A stretch of DNA of 63,684 nucleotides, filler included, from Octopus bimaculoides (GCF_001194135.2; 6 parts of 6 records of this genome joined end to end with filler, not necessarily neighbours in it), one strand, 5' to 3'; positions 22,914 to 37,791 are shown, counted from the whole stretch's first letter. Notes: generated by a model not told the origin, from the letters alone. Translations and numbers: made by a program.

Positions 22914-23376
22914 TACATATATACCTGTATTTATATGAGTTTGTAAACCTGTGACTGTAAATGTATATGTATATGCTTCTTTGCAAGCAAGCGTTTGTGT
23001 GTGTGCATCTGCTCCAAGTTTATATATAAATTATGACATAATGGAAGATGAATAAATAGTTAGAAATATGTGTTAACATTTTCGAATCCACGTCATATTT
23101 CTTTTCTATGTAGGGTAACATGTGTATTTATACAGAAATGCATGATATAGCAACAATATTCCATACGTTATTTAGAAATAACGATATGACAGTATAGTTT
23201 GAATAATATATTTGCTTTATTTAGAATGAAATATAATATAATGAACATATTTTAAATTATAACTTTCAGTTATAATTTGGAAATCATTTTTTTTCTCATT
23301 AAATTGACTTACACATAGAAAAATTCACTGCTTGTATATAGTGTCAAAATACGTTATCAGTATGTGTCAATTTTGA

Positions 23377-23575
23377 GGGCTGTTAGCTGGCAGATTCATT
23401 AGCACACCGGAAAACATGCTTTACAGCATTTCGTCCGTGTTTATGTCCTGAATAAAAATTCTACCGAACTTTCATCATTTCCGAGTCGATCAATTAAGAA
23501 CCAATAATAATTGCGATCGATTCAATCGACTGACCCCTTCCCCCAGATTTCTGTCCTTGTGTTTGAAGTTAATTA
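23377..23575 (+). mobile_element. SINE family A, old copy
   Basis: agctggcagattcattagcacaccgg..catttcgtccgtgtttatgtcctga..tttcatcatttccgagtcgatcaattaag..aatcgactgaccccttccccc. Confidence 0.8.
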
Positions 23576-25724
23576 CATGATGCTTTGAGAGGAGGAATTT
23601 TGAACGTACTTCTTTCTGTGCGCGTGCGTTGTGTGTGTGTAAACATGTTGCTTGAGAGAATGGTTTTATAGAGAAATGTTGGATTAACTCTGTGATGATG
23701 AATGACTTTCGGCAGAATAATTGTGTGAGGGAGCATCGGAAAGACTTTGCATTAAAATTAATGGTATAACTACAAAGTATAATATACTATGGTGATTTTG
23801 ATTAAACATTTTCCTACAATCTACAAAAATGTTAACACTCAGTCACATGCTAAGTAGATAAGAGCATATGGTTGGTCATCTTAAACAATTGAATAGATAT
23901 CTAAGTTATATTTGGCCAGCTAAGTCGTCTGACCGCGATTATCTGAAGTTCATTTTGGCTTTATACAGTCTCAGTTAAGTTAAAATCTTCCGTGGTTCTC
24001 AGTAAAGTGCTAATTAGCTTTTAGGGTGGGTTGTTATGAAGAGCTATTTTGGATATTTTTTTATTGATTAAAGTCGGCTCTGTACCATTGTTTAGAATTT
24101 CTTTCTTTGATACTCTCACAACCCGAATATATTTGTGTTACCTTTGATATCATTATATATGAAGTTTTGAAAATCTGATTGAAGCTGTATGTGCAATACA
24201 ATTGTACGATTTTCTCTCTGGGAAATGTCATGTGTTTAATGTTTTATTTATTTAATGTTTCCCCTACAGAATAACTTATCCCAATGTAGCTACGGGGCAG
24301 ATGTTCACTTGTGTCGTTCGATATGTGATACGTATTCATACACCCACACACATATAAACACACACATTCGTCATATTTTGTTAGAATTATACGATAGCAA
24401 GGTCCTTGTTTTAGAGAGCATGGTAATTTCTTCATAATATGTGTGTTATGCCATACAAATAGACAGTCATTTCATCGGAAAAAATGCCTGCTAAAATATT
24501 ATATGGTATATACTGGTAGAGAATCGGTTATATCTTTTGGAAGTTGGTTGACACTGATATTAGTTTATTTTTAGCAATCATCAAATTTATATTAACAGAT
24601 CGTTGATAATAGATGACCAAAACATTAACATAGAGAGGTTTGCATTAATTAGTTTCTTAGGGCTTTGCGTTAATTAGATTCTTTGCAATATCACTTCCAT
24701 TTCATTCTGAATCGAATGATTTTACTTATGTCCCAAAGGATCTATTTCGAATTAGGGTGGAATTACATTCGAATAATTTTAGTTAAGAGAATTACATATT
24801 AATATATGATACCAAGCAGAAGTTTCATCTGGCATATTCGTTAAACAATGTAATGAATATGACAAAGTTTTATTGTAGCTGTGCAGAAGTTCGCATTCTT
24901 TTATTAAGTGCGATTCTTTTGTTGAAGAGAATTATAATTAATCATGCCTTCAGAGATTTTCTATTATACAACGTTGGGATTATGCAAAAGTGTAATAAGT
25001 CCAAAACGTTGCTTTTTCAGTAGACGAAAAGCTAGTTTCACCATTCCATAGCAAACCCGTTGTACTACATTTTGACAATTTTTGATATCCTGGCATCTGA
25101 AGCAGATGGAGTTACGATAGATTGGCCAACAGAACAGGCTATTGTAAGCAAAAATTAATATTCAATAAAACCCATTCGACATACGACAGTTTAACATAAT
25201 AGCAACTATATCTATATATATAGCAGATATCTTAACCTGCAATACATGATCATATCTAAAGATTACCTATATTTGTCTGACTTATCTCGTTCATTATCAT
25301 ATTTGATAAATGAAGTGCAAAATAATAAGAGTTGTTACCAACTGAAATTGCAGCTCGTTGAATGGTAAACGACTAGTGGTGCATCTTGACCTTCTACTTC
25401 ATATAAATAAATAAAATTTTCTTGGAAAGACTTACTTGATACGAAGAAGTATGAAAACGTATTGCACGAAGAGATAAAGTCAAGTGCCAACTATTAGAAT
25501 TATGCATAGTTGATAAAATGATATTGACCTTTCGATTTCCAAGCTCGCAAGACAAAATATAGTTTTACGAGAAAGGAATATATCTGAATAACAACGAACC
25601 AATCACCCCCAAAGAAAACTAAGAAAAATAAATATCACATTGTTAAAGAGTGCTTTAACCCGCCGCCCACACAGGCATGCATATTCCCACACTATCACAC
25701 ATAAACACACACAGACATACGCTC

Positions 25725-25902
<178 letters not shown>

Positions 25903-26099
25903 GTTTATTTTGCATTTTATTGATTAAGCATTAGTGAATTAAAATGCATGTATATTAGACAAACACACTCATATGTATGCTCAAAGCGGCATAGTAACAA
26001 CACACGCAGCCAATCTTTGTGTGTTTGTATCTGTGTGTTTGTGTGTGTGTGTGTAATATAATATGTTATGATATAATATAATAAGTCATAATATAACGT

Positions 26100-27500
26100 A
26101 CGATGTTGCTTGGTTCTGAGATTCCAGTTAACTATAAAGATTTTATAATCCCCAAAGTGGTAGCTTTCAAAATATTTCTGGTAGTCCAGCCCCACTATAG
26201 TTAAGTTCCTACAGCTTTTTACTCTTTTTCTTGGGTTATTTTGTTCAATTAAAAACTTCACACTGCATTCACCTTCCTTTTTTTTCCATCCATCTTCCTC
26301 ACATTTTATAATAGTGTTAGTGGAAAGATTATCCTGCAAATAGTGGTCTTGAAGCACCAAATGAATACATCGTACATGGATTTCTGGCAGGCTATGGATT
26401 AGTAAATTTTACCAAGGCTGGTTTTAATATTTTGAATTATAAGGGAAGTAGTTACAGTTGATAAGCATTGGGGCACTTCTTTTGGGCCTTTACATCCTTC
26501 TGCATACAACCGTATGATATCTGATCTCGCCGATGAAAGGTAAATGACTTCTGGACCTGGGATCTGTTGTTCGATATTTTCTATAGAACTGTTTCCAGTA
26601 TTTCGTCCTCAATTCATATCGCTTTCACTAGACAGTATGTCTAGTAGCCTTGCTCCAATTTCTTAGCTTGTTTGTTTACTCCTTGTCTGTTGAATTTATC
26701 TCTTGTTTCTCATGCAGATCTCCATTAGCCCTTAACCTGCTCCTTTGTGCGATTGTGTTTTACAGAGCTTGAGCTTTGCCATTACAGCTGCGATAGACTG
26801 ACTAAATAATTTATTGAGGATCTTTTTCTTTATATGCAATATTTCTATATTCCGTGTTTTTAGTTGTAGCTGTCTGTGAATTTTCCACCTGGTGCAGTTT
26901 GGAGCTTATTCTGTTTAATCGTGTATCACCAAATCGACTCTTTATCTCTTTGCTGAGGTATTTCTGGTGTATTGTGAAGTTGTTCTATACGTCACATTTC
27001 ATAACTACAATGACCTCTAAGACACATCTTCACATTAACGAAATGTTATTATTTAAGTTACGTGCCAATGCTTATTGAACATTTCTCTTTGTATGTACTT
27101 GGCACCAGCTTTTAGCGATACTCTAGTAATGTGATAACTTAGACATATATTAATATGTCAATGGTTTCGCACATTGTTTTCATAACTCTGAACTGTGCAG
27201 TCGCTAAATACTTGTTTACCACCTTGTTTATTGTCTCTACGTCTCATTTATTGAATTCTATATATTTACTGTGGTTGTATGGCCAGTCTTTCAGATGGAA
27301 ACCGCGGACCTGTTGCGACAAGATCCCACATCACTTGTAAGACATCCCCAACATTTTGTGTTCTTCTATTTGAACAGTATGGTTATGGATTTCAGCAATA
27401 TTACTGGTATGAGTTTTTACGGCTATATTTAGTTAGCCGCTCTGTCTGTGCATAACTGAACTTTGGTTTAGTAGAGTCAGACTGCTTTGCATCAGGCACT
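26100..27500 (-). mobile_element. decayed R4/Dong-like LINE, N-terminal region plus RT start
   Basis: TTSLIIQN..KIY*SIACQKSMY (about G.TSLI.K..KNYRPIAC.N.MYK), LQDH..TNTII..EEDGWKK.EGECS..LIEQ..RNLTIVGLDYQKYFES (about EQAG.KKG..GC.EQLLI..RNL..WLDYQKAFDS). The 5' boundary is approximate. Confidence 0.8.
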
Positions 27501-28065
27501 TTTATTAAAAGTATCAATTTACATCTCATGTTAGATCATGTTCATTTATTTGGTTTTGGAAAAAAAAGTCTAATTCTGGATGTATGGAGTACCACAAAGT
27601 TTTTATTCGTTGCATAAATCCAAGGCTTTCACGTTAGATTGTATATTCGATTCACGCAAGTCTTTTTTTTTTTTTACGTTCGTGTATGCATTATATACAC
27701 TGATTTTAGGTTATGCTTGTTGTAGGTTTTACATTTAAATTTTACATGTCAAGTCAATAAGATGTTGTTTACTGACAGATATTTGTGTTTGTTTTTTGGG
27801 TTTTTTTCAAAAGAGACAATGATCATCTTTAAAAATTTTACGAACATTTTGTCTTAATTAACTTTGAAGTTTGAGAAGTCTATCCTTTCAGGTTATTTTT
27901 AATACTTCAGATGTATTTAAATGTCCATATTTAGCAATTATTTTGTGTGTAAGCGGAGTTTTTAGAAACGTACTTTGGTTTCTTAGTTTACGTTTGTAAG
28001 TCGTATGTGTAACGTTACAACACTGTGTGTCTATAAACATGTAAAAAGATATCTATTACTAAAGC

Positions 28066-28267
28066 AAGACAGAAACGTTAGCACGCCGGGCGAAATGGTT
28101 AGCAGTATTTCGTCTGTCTTTACGTTCTGAGTTCAAATTCCGCCGAGGTCGACTTTATCTCTCTGGGTCACGAAAGTAAGTACAAGTTGCGTACTGGAGT
28201 CGATGTAATCGACTGGCCCCCTCCCCAAAATATTGGGCCTTGTGCCTAGAGTAGAAAAGAGTATATG
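28066..28267 (+). mobile_element. SINE family A, young 5'-truncated copy with 10-bp TSD
   Basis: TTACTAAAGC at 28056-28065 and 28268-28277; body nearly identical to the 4452 and 62768 copies. Confidence 0.92.
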
Positions 28268-29003
28268 TTACTAAAGCTCTTACGTTGAAACATTCGTATG
28301 TAATCTTCCTGCATTGTGTGGCCCATTTTTTTTCCATTATCTGATATGTTGCCTTTATATCAGCAGTAAGAACACACGAGTATCGCACTGACCTCATCGG
28401 ATGCCATTATATAAGAACAATTATGTATGTATACATTCAAGCATGTATCTATGTCTTCAGCCTTTCGTATCTGTCTTCTAACCATCCTTAACATGCTAAA
28501 TGTGTCTCCTCTAGTATTTCATAGGGGAAAATATTTGAAAATACACTATTTTCCCTTCACAAATTCTTACGAGAGTGGTGATTTCATATTTAATCTCTAC
28601 TATTTCACTTACGGGAAAGCTATCTTTCATCAATGCAATATCATCAATCTTTGCAACACATTTAAAGATACGCAAAAAAGAAATTAACATATCCACCATT
28701 AGACAGGTATTAAAATCTCATAATAACGCTGAAAATTGTTAACAGCTACTTTCAGCTTGTTGAATGAAGTTTCATTTTAAGTGTACAGAAAAAACACATG
28801 GGAGTATATATCAGAGCACCTATATATATTGAAGCAATAACATTTTTTAAAGCTTTTTAACTGTCCACTTCCATTAAGGTAAACTTCTAATGGGGCGTAA
28901 TCCGCTACTTTCATATATTTATGATTTCATTAAAACACATGTACGAAAAATATTTGGTGCTCAAGAAAACATTTCAGTGTTTCACCTTCAGCGGGGAGAA
29001 ATA

Positions 29004-29004
<1 letters not shown>

Positions 29005-29048
<44 letters not shown>

Positions 29049-29135
29049 CCGTGGTGGTCGTCGCGGTTGTGGTGGTGGTAGTGGCACCAGCAGACAGCAG
29101 ATGCAGTAAAAGTAGTTGTAGTAGCAGACGATTCA
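29005..29135. repeat. (TAG)n with GC-rich variant units
   Basis: Directly visible. Confidence 0.9.
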
Positions 29136-29516
29136 GTACAAGAATTTGCAATATTAGTAGTGTCCTTCTATATAAAAGTAATATAAAACGGAGAACAAAA
29201 TATAATCATCGTTGGTGGTCGATCTTGTTGACGTAAATGCTGTTAATATGATAATTATATATACTCATACATGCTCATTAACATGCATACACCATTATAA
29301 ATACAAACCCATAACTACTCACCAATACAACACACTCGAGCACACTGTGTGTGTGTGTGTGTGTGTGTGTTTCGAATAGAGCATTATATCACAAAGGTTG
29401 TCTTAAAAGGATTTAGATAATGCTATCAGGTTGTGCTATTAAGTTAGACATGAGCTGGACCAAACGTTGGTCGAAACATACCGAAGTTTTATCTAAGTTT
29501 GTAAATATATACATAC

Positions 29517-29554
<38 letters not shown>

Positions 29555-29827
29555 NNNNNNNNNNNNNNNNNNNNNNNNNNNNNNNNNNNNNNNNNNNNNN
29601 NNNNNNNNNNNNNNNNNNNNNNNNNNNNNNNNNNNNNNNNNNNNNNNNNNNNNNNNNNNNNNNNNNNNNNNNNNNNNNNNNNNNNNNNNNNNNNNNNNNN
29701 NNNNNNNNNNNNNNNNNNNNNNNNNNNNNNNNNNNNNNNNNNNNNNNNNNNNNNNNNNNNNNNNNNNNNNNNNNNNNNNNNNNNNNNNNNNNNNNNNNNN
29801 NNNNNNNNNNNNNNNNNNNNNNNNNNN

Positions 29828-29868
<41 letters not shown>

Positions 29869-31206
29869 ATACAAAGAATATATATACATGTACATATATA
29901 TATATATATATTCACACGAGGAAAGGATAACCTTGACTTGCTGTGAGGGGTAAAAAATCGAAGTTTACGAACGCAGTTACTTTTCACGGGAAAAGTTGAA
30001 AGAGTATAAATTAGAGACATTGGATCTTTAAAGCTTCTCTTTGGAGGATGTAAAACTATGTAGTCTCTCATTATTTTCCCTACTTTCAATCCCTCACCTG
30101 AAAAAGTAACATTGTGATTTACTACTTGTGGAAATCACTCTTATATATTTGTCACTGTTATTACATGATATATATTTGGCGACGTAAAAAAAACTCCACC
30201 TCCTTCTATTCTGTATAATGTTATATAGATATGCATTTCTTTAACAAGGATAATGCCGATAGGTACTTCTTGTCGAGAGTTAGAAGTGAATGTCGTTTCA
30301 GGGAAACCCTTCAGATTAAATTAAAATTGCTTTTATTATCACGGCACATACAAAAATACAAAATAATAAACTCAGACACAAAGACAAAAAACGTACACAC
30401 TCATGATGTGACTGGAACAAGTAAAACATAATAAACTCAAATATATCTATGCGTAGATTCATGATGTATAAAATTTTATAAATTGATTTTAATTGAGTAT
30501 TTAACTATAATTTTGGACTTTGCCCCTAATATTATATATATGTATATATATATATATATATATANNNNNNNNNNNNNNNNNNNNNNNNNNNNNNNNNNNN
30601 NNNNNNNNNNNNNNNNNNNNNNNNNNNNNNNNNNNNNNNNNNNNNNNNNNNNNNNNNNNNNNNNNNNNNNNNNNNNNNNNNNNNNNNNNNNNNNNNNNNN
30701 NNNNNNNNNNNNNNNNNNNNNNNNNNNNNNNNNNNNNNNNNNNNNNNNNNNNNNNNNNNNNNNNNNNNNNNNNNNNNNNNNNNNNNNNNNNNNNNNNNNN
30801 NNNNNNNNNNNNNNNNNNNNNNNNNNNNNNNNNNNNNNNNNNNNNNNNNNNNNNNNNNNNNNNNNNNNNNNNNNNNNNNNNNNNNNNNNNNNNNNNNNNN
30901 NNNNNNNNNNNNNNNNNNNNNNNNNNNNNNNNNNNNNNNNNNNNNNNNNNNNNNNNNNNNNNNNNNNNNNNNNNNNNNNNNNNNNNNNNNNNNNNNNNNN
31001 NNNNNNNNNNNNNNNNNNNNNNNNNNNNNNNNNNNNNNNNNNNNNNNNNNNNNNNNNNNNNNNNNNNNNNNNNNNNNNNNNNNNNNNNNNNNNNNNNNNN
31101 NNNNNNNNNNNNNNNNNNNNNNNNNNNNNNNNNNNNNNNNNNNNNNNNNNNNNNNNNNNNNNNNNNNNNNNNNNNNNNNNNNNNNNNNNNNNNNNNNNNN
31201 NNNNNN

Positions 31207-31256
<50 letters not shown>

Positions 31257-32158
31257 CACTCACATATGTGTACGTATTTATATTTAAGCACAAATGTGTG
31301 TTTTTGGCCGAGAAAACCTGCCTCCCGCTACTATATCAGTGCATGGTGCTCAGATGGGATATTTCCTTTTGTTTATGTAAACTGTGAAATTATGCCTGAA
31401 CACGCTGGGTTCTATGCCAATAGGTTTGGACGAAAATGATCTGCAGATTATTTACTATAAAGGCAAATTATATGCTTCACCCTGTGCAAACTGCTGAAAC
31501 TTCTGAAAATTGTGAAGCATAGCTGTCATTTTCCTCTAAACAAATTTGAAGCTTACAAAGCTAGAGTGAGAGATTGAAATATTTTAAAAATTCACATTTC
31601 CATGTTTTCCTTATAACAGTGTTTAGACGTTGTCAACATCGTTTTTGATTGCCACTAGCATATCAGTTTCTCTCTGAAAGTAAAAGTTTGATATCAAACA
31701 ATAAAATTATTTTTCTTTAACTTTAATACGGCTTGGGGGGAAATAACGTACTAATAAATTTATACCAGCTCTCGGCATATGTTCAGTTTGAATTATTAAC
31801 TTTCCTAACCGATTATTTTAATCGTATATAATTCAGGCATCATGTTATTTACCTCTTAAATGAATAATGTTTCAAAGCTCAATATAAGAAAACTCCATCC
31901 ATAAAAATGTACCGATAATTCTTATTCTAGTTATACGTTCACCTCAAACACGTCTCTTCGCACTTTTATATTAGGACAGGTATAATTTTTCATATTTATT
32001 GCTAAACTGAAGTGTTCTTTACCGCATTTCCAGTAACAACGTCTATACTAGCTTCGTAAGCAAAGGTTTTGAGATTAATATTGTAAACACTTAATCAATG
32101 GTATTTATAATTGTCCTCTCTTCATATTAGATAAATTACAAATCTTTGTAATAAATAT

Positions 32159-32248
32159 ACATTAAGAATTACATGGTGAACAATTTGTTCTTTTCAACAG
32201 AAAGTCTGTTGGAAAGAACAAATTGTTCACCATGTACTTCTTTAATGT
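32159..32248. repeat. near-perfect 43-bp-arm hairpin
   Basis: acattaagaattacatggtgaacaatttgttcttttcaacaga-aag-tctgttggaaagaacaaattgttcaccatgtacttctttaatgt. Confidence 0.95.
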
Positions 32249-34420
32249 TTAATATTTCCCTGATGATATTTTGCTCACAATTTATAAATTCTAATTTATT
32301 ACATAAATTTGTAAATTACTTGTTGAGTATAAATTGAAACAATTGTAGGAATTGTTATCAATATTTTAATAACTTTATTATTAACCATTAATTCTCCATT
32401 TATATTTCTTAATTGAAAATAAATGATATGCATAATACATACCAATTTATTGTAGGGATTTTTTTCCTAAAAATATAAGGTATAAGACCCGTACAATCTT
32501 GGATTTAATCATTTCTTTATATACATATTCCAGAATTTGATGAACATATATTCATATGAATAAGAATAACTTATTTTGTTAGGCTGCTGTATTTGTGTAT
32601 TTGTATTAGCAGAGGTCTTAATAAACATTTTTGGTTATGGATTGATAAACCCTTCATAAATGGTTCGTCCAGTGATCTTAGAAAGGGAGATGATAGAGAG
32701 TGAAAGTGAGAAACAGAGCAATAGAGGATCATTGTCTTACGGCTTGTTGAATATATACATATTTTCATGAAATTTTGTGGTGATGTATTTTCATTGTAAT
32801 AGAATTGCGATTATGTTTATAAAATTTTAACAAATAACAACATATTAACATATTCATTCCGCGCGCACACACATGCATACATGATATATATATATATGTT
32901 AAATCAAATTATTTTATTTTATTTTAGTTATTTTACGCAGGTAACAATTTGTGATATTACCCATGGTGGCAAAGTTACTCTCATATTACAGTAAACACTC
33001 CTGTGTTTATGTATGGTCTTAATATATTCATTTTCTTTAACGCGCATAGCTCTTTTTAATTGGAAATCTTATTGCGACGTTAATATTGATTTCAATGACA
33101 CTGAAGACGCTTTCACTTTAACAAAGTTGATCTATTTGTTAGTGCGTCGTTTACACACGGACATCAAATTGATCTTCATAAATGTTTAAAGATTAGTCAT
33201 TAGCTGACCAAATTCCCTGTAAATATTGAAAAGAACAGGTGGTTTTAATCTTCTTTATTGATATCAGACGCCAGACAGGAACTTATCTGTCTGGACACAT
33301 ATAGAAACAATGCTTGCTCTGGTTTGTCATCGTATTATATATCCCCTGACTTAACGTATTGTCATGTGCTGGATGTGGTTTTACAACAATTTTGTGTCAA
33401 TCCTGTAGTTTTATCAATATACAAATAAAAATTTCAATCGAACAATGTAGAAGAGCAGGTGGTAAAAGCAGACACGGGCGGCATACTTCTGAGCGACATT
33501 TTACTTGATTTAAACATTAAAAAAGTATCAAATTTACTTCCAATACACATGTCTGTGAAATTAGTTTGTATTAATAAGTACTTTATTATTTGTTGGACTG
33601 AAAGAAAGTACTACCGTCAGGTATAAAATATTGCAAAGTATACTCACTTCATAAGTCTAATATTCAAGATTTAGCATTGCCGTACAGTTTGAAAATTCAA
33701 AAGATCGAAATGCCCGACATATTTGTATCTGGAGTTCATTGCATAGTATTATATACATTTCTGATTTTAAAACATACTTATGGTATATACAGTAAAGGTT
33801 TACAATTTTTAAACATATAGAGAGATGAGTAAATATGTAATCGCTTCATATGAAAATGCGTAATTTAAAATAGTTAATCAACTATGACAATCCCATGTAA
33901 AGGCATTGATTAGTTCCAATGTAGGATATTAATATCTCCAAACAAGCAAACTATACATCCGTTTCTTTCCGTAGTATATCTTGTAAAATCTCTTTATATA
34001 TATATATATATATATGCACCGTATCCCTCTATTGCCTTCAGTAAAACGTCGTTGGCTGCACCGGGTGTATATGGGAAAATACATTCCCAATTTACCACGC
34101 AACAGATGTAAAACTGGAAAACAAATGCTCGCAAATTGAGATTCTGAAACCACACCACTCTCTTTTATTTGGTTCTATTAATTTACTCATGCTTTTATAT
34201 ATTCACGTGGCAAAATTTCCAACTATTTTGGTAATAAATATTTCTCTTATTTGTGGCATAGATTGAGTGTGTAATTCGCATTAAACCTGGTTCCACCCAT
34301 TTTCTCTATAATGTTTATTCATCGCTCATTTCCAAAATTTTGCAAAATAATTGCAAGCTATATAAAAAGTAATATTGCATCAAATAATATTACTGTAATC
34401 ACACGCACGCACGCGTGCAT

Positions 34421-34500
<80 letters not shown>

Positions 34501-35309
34501 GTAAAGAATTTCGTCATTTCTAAAGCAGATATTTTGGCAGCCATTCGAGTATTATGACATTTCGCATATTCCAAACCTCCCCGAAACTTGAATTTACATT
34601 TTTGGAAAGTAAATAATTTCTGACTGTCAATGATTCTATACGTACATGTGTGTGTGCTTTTCACACGTACATGCATGCGCGCACGCACACACACACTCAT
34701 ACACGCATACGCACCCACATAGACACACAGACACCCACTCCCGTACACTGGCACACACATTTGCATATATAGATCCATGATATTTTCAGCAATGATTTGT
34801 TATTGTATAAGTTTCATATATAATTTAACTGAGAGGTACCTAAATACATGATTACATCCTGACTACTAATGACCGATCGATTTATAATGCTACACTATAA
34901 AATTCACGAATGAGGCGAACAAATAATCACGAGATGTATATTAAATATTTATAAGTTTATCGTACAATGCTTAACCCTATCTCTAATCATAGCAGACCTT
35001 CATTAAGCCATAAGCTTCCCAATAGATGCATTCCGATGTGCATGTGATTGAGCATGTTGCAAGTGTTCATTATTATTTTGGGTTATATACAATTAGATTG
35101 AAATAGTTATCGATTGCAATAACGTTGAGTGGAGGAACATTGTGTAACTTTACTTATGGTTAATTAGATTGTAAACTGTTGTATGCCGTCTTGCGTTCCG
35201 ATTGAAAATGCATTTGTAATTTTTAAATGTCGTGCTAAGTGTCAATAGTTGATGTGTTCTTAATGGTGTATACTGCTGCCTGGTAATTGGCTTATATTTG
35301 CAGCATCTA

Positions 35310-36563
35310 CGAGAGTAGGCTCAAAATATTCATAGGCTGACCAAGATACTTTCATTGAATGAGACTAAATGAAGTTTACTTTCAACATAGTCCGCCTTGC
35401 CGTTCATTCATTTCTTCCATCGGTGCTTTACTACTTGGGTCGCGTTGGTGAAGATGCTTTCATCCTGTTGGTGTAAGAAGTATTCAACAGCAGATGAGAC
35501 GTCATATCATCACCGCGATACTCGTTCGCAGCTGTGACGTTTTCACGTTATTAAAAACAGATGATAATCAGAAGGCCCCACATCTGGGAAGCTCATCAAT
35601 CAGATGAAAGACACTGTTGCGCACAGCTGCCGTTGAAACGAAGGGCTTGTGCGTTGTTGCATTGCCCCATGAAAAAAGAAACCTTTTGTCAGACTTCCCG
35701 GGTGTTTCGTTTTAATAGAATTTCGTCAATGCCTCACCACTTGACATAGTACACTCCATTGATTGAGCGATCATTTTGAAGATGGTCAATAAAAACTATG
35801 TTTTTTGCCTCCAAAAAACTTTCCTTGCAAATGAAACAACCTTGACTTTATTTGGTGCAGGTAAGGAGGAGTGTGTTGACTGCATAGATTGTCTATTTGT
35901 CTCTGCTCCAAAGTGATAAACTGAACACTCATCCTGTGTTACAAAACGTGTGATGAAACCAGATGGAACCGCCTCAAACAATGTCAGGTTGTTCCGTGAT
36001 GGGACCAGACTGTGCACTTTTGATTAGGTATCAGAAAACATGGCACGAACCTTCGTTATGTCAAACTTATTGTGCAGAATATTCTCGGTTCTCTCGAAAG
36101 GATATTCTAATAGCTTGGGTCATTTGGTTACCAGCTAATCACCTGCAATCCATCAGAATGTGATGGACATGATCAATGTTTTCATTTATAGTGGCAATTG
36201 CATGACGTCCAGACCATGGGATATCTTCTAAGACACTCCCTTTCACTCCTAAATTCCACTACACAATTTTGTGCTGTTGATAAACTTGGAGCGTCATCCG
36301 CTAATATAGCAATCACACCAGCATGAATGTCCTTAGGGGCGAAACACTTTTTGTGGACGACGATGTGAATTTCTTTTCTCCATTTTCAAGAGAAATCGTT
36401 ACTATTTACATGTGAAATTGTTTTTGAACAGTCAGATGTTAGTTTACATGGAAGGAAAGAGTGAAGTTGTTAATAAGAAGTGTTTAAATTCATGTAGGCA
36501 AGATTTCACGAATCATACACGAATTCTTCAGAGCCAGCCAATGAACGTTTCAGCTCACCCTTA
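35310..36563 (-). mobile_element. full-length-size decayed mariner (D,D34D-type) transposon
   Basis: About 1.25 kb, TA on both sides, degenerate TIRs (cgagagtaggctcaaaatattcataggctg versus taagggtgagctgaaacgttcattggctg). Transposase remnants EDIPWSGR, RFVTQDECSVYHFGAETNRQSMQ (TQDE motif), KV..VFW, FHG.NAQAL (HQDNA..H), HLIDE.PRCGAF*L (HPPYSPDLAPSD); many stops. Confidence 0.9.
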
Positions 36564-37791
36564 TATGTGTAGAAATATGCATTAGGTTAATCGCTGATAC
36601 AAAAATGTTGCTGTTCTAATTCTGTAAATCTTGCGTTCCACTGTTGCTACGCATGTATGAATATGTCACGTAGATACACATCATTGCATATACAGCCAAC
36701 TCATTCATTTTTCAGAAATATTTACCCCANNNNNNNNNNNNNNNNNNNNNNNNNNNNNNNNNNNNNNNNNNNNNNNNNNNNNNNNNNNNNNNNNNNNNNN
36801 NNNNNNNNNNNNNNNNNNNNNNNNNNNNNNNNNNNNNNNNNNNNNNNNNNNNNNNNNNNNNNNNNNNNNNNNNNNNNNNNNNNNNNNNNNNNNNNNNNNN
36901 NNNNNNNNNNNNNNNNNNNNNNNNNNNNNNNNNNNNNNNNNNNNNNNNNNNNNNNNNNNNNNNNNNNNNNNNNNNNNNNNNNNNNNNNNNNNNNNNNNNN
37001 NNNNNNNNNNNNNNNNNNNNNNNNNNNNNNNNNNNNNNNNNNNNNNNNNNNNNNNNNNNTATATATATATATTAATGAAGCTGCATTATTCTAAGAAATA
37101 CTAATACTAATTTGCTTTATTTATTCTCCTAATTAGAGATAAATATTGGGGATTTCCAGGAATCGAATATATACATATTGTACAAATACTGTGAACTAAG
37201 AATTATATATATACACATATATACACATACATACATTCACTTGCTCAAAAATCAATCGATATCAAAATATTATTGAAAAAGTTGAAAGGAATACTAAATA
37301 GGAATATCCTGTGTAGAGAACCAAAATAAGCAAATACTATCGTAATTACAACATTTATCGTTAAATTATTATCGGAATTATTACCAATCTAGCATGAATG
37401 ATAAATGTCTTACTATATTTCAATGAAAAATTTAAGTCCTGTATTTAAATCAATCAGCTCAAGTACTTGATTCGGAATATTCCCCTTTAATCTCACCGTT
37501 AATAACTTTATTGGTGCTACATATATCCGTTCTTATTTTATGGCACCTAAATATATTTATATAAAATGGAAAATGGCAGGTTTTGAAATTCGATAGGGGG
37601 GGGGGCATCATATATGAGTCTATTAGATGTTATATCAGTAATTAGTAAGTAACATCTGAATGTGCCATCACGTGTCACAATATTTTTGTTTGAAACAGAA
37701 CAGTGGTCAGTAGATAATGTTTGTTAAAATATATGTTATGGCTGATTTATATATATCCCGTGTATCCGTTGTGTCACATCTCTTTCCTAAG

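Noticed and set aside
24270-24420. Candidate exons with ankyrin-like SYGADVH or Ig-like GQMFTCVV
   Set aside because: The motifs lie in different frames, are too short, have weak donors and no neighbouring repeat units.
28613-28648. Minus-strand 36-nt exon IDDIALMKDSFP resembling a MAM-domain end
   Set aside because: Good donor but weak acceptor, no terminal Cys and no upstream MAM sequence.
33263-33295. Small hairpin ccagacag/ctgtctgg
   Set aside because: An 8-bp stem is expected by chance in 64 kb.
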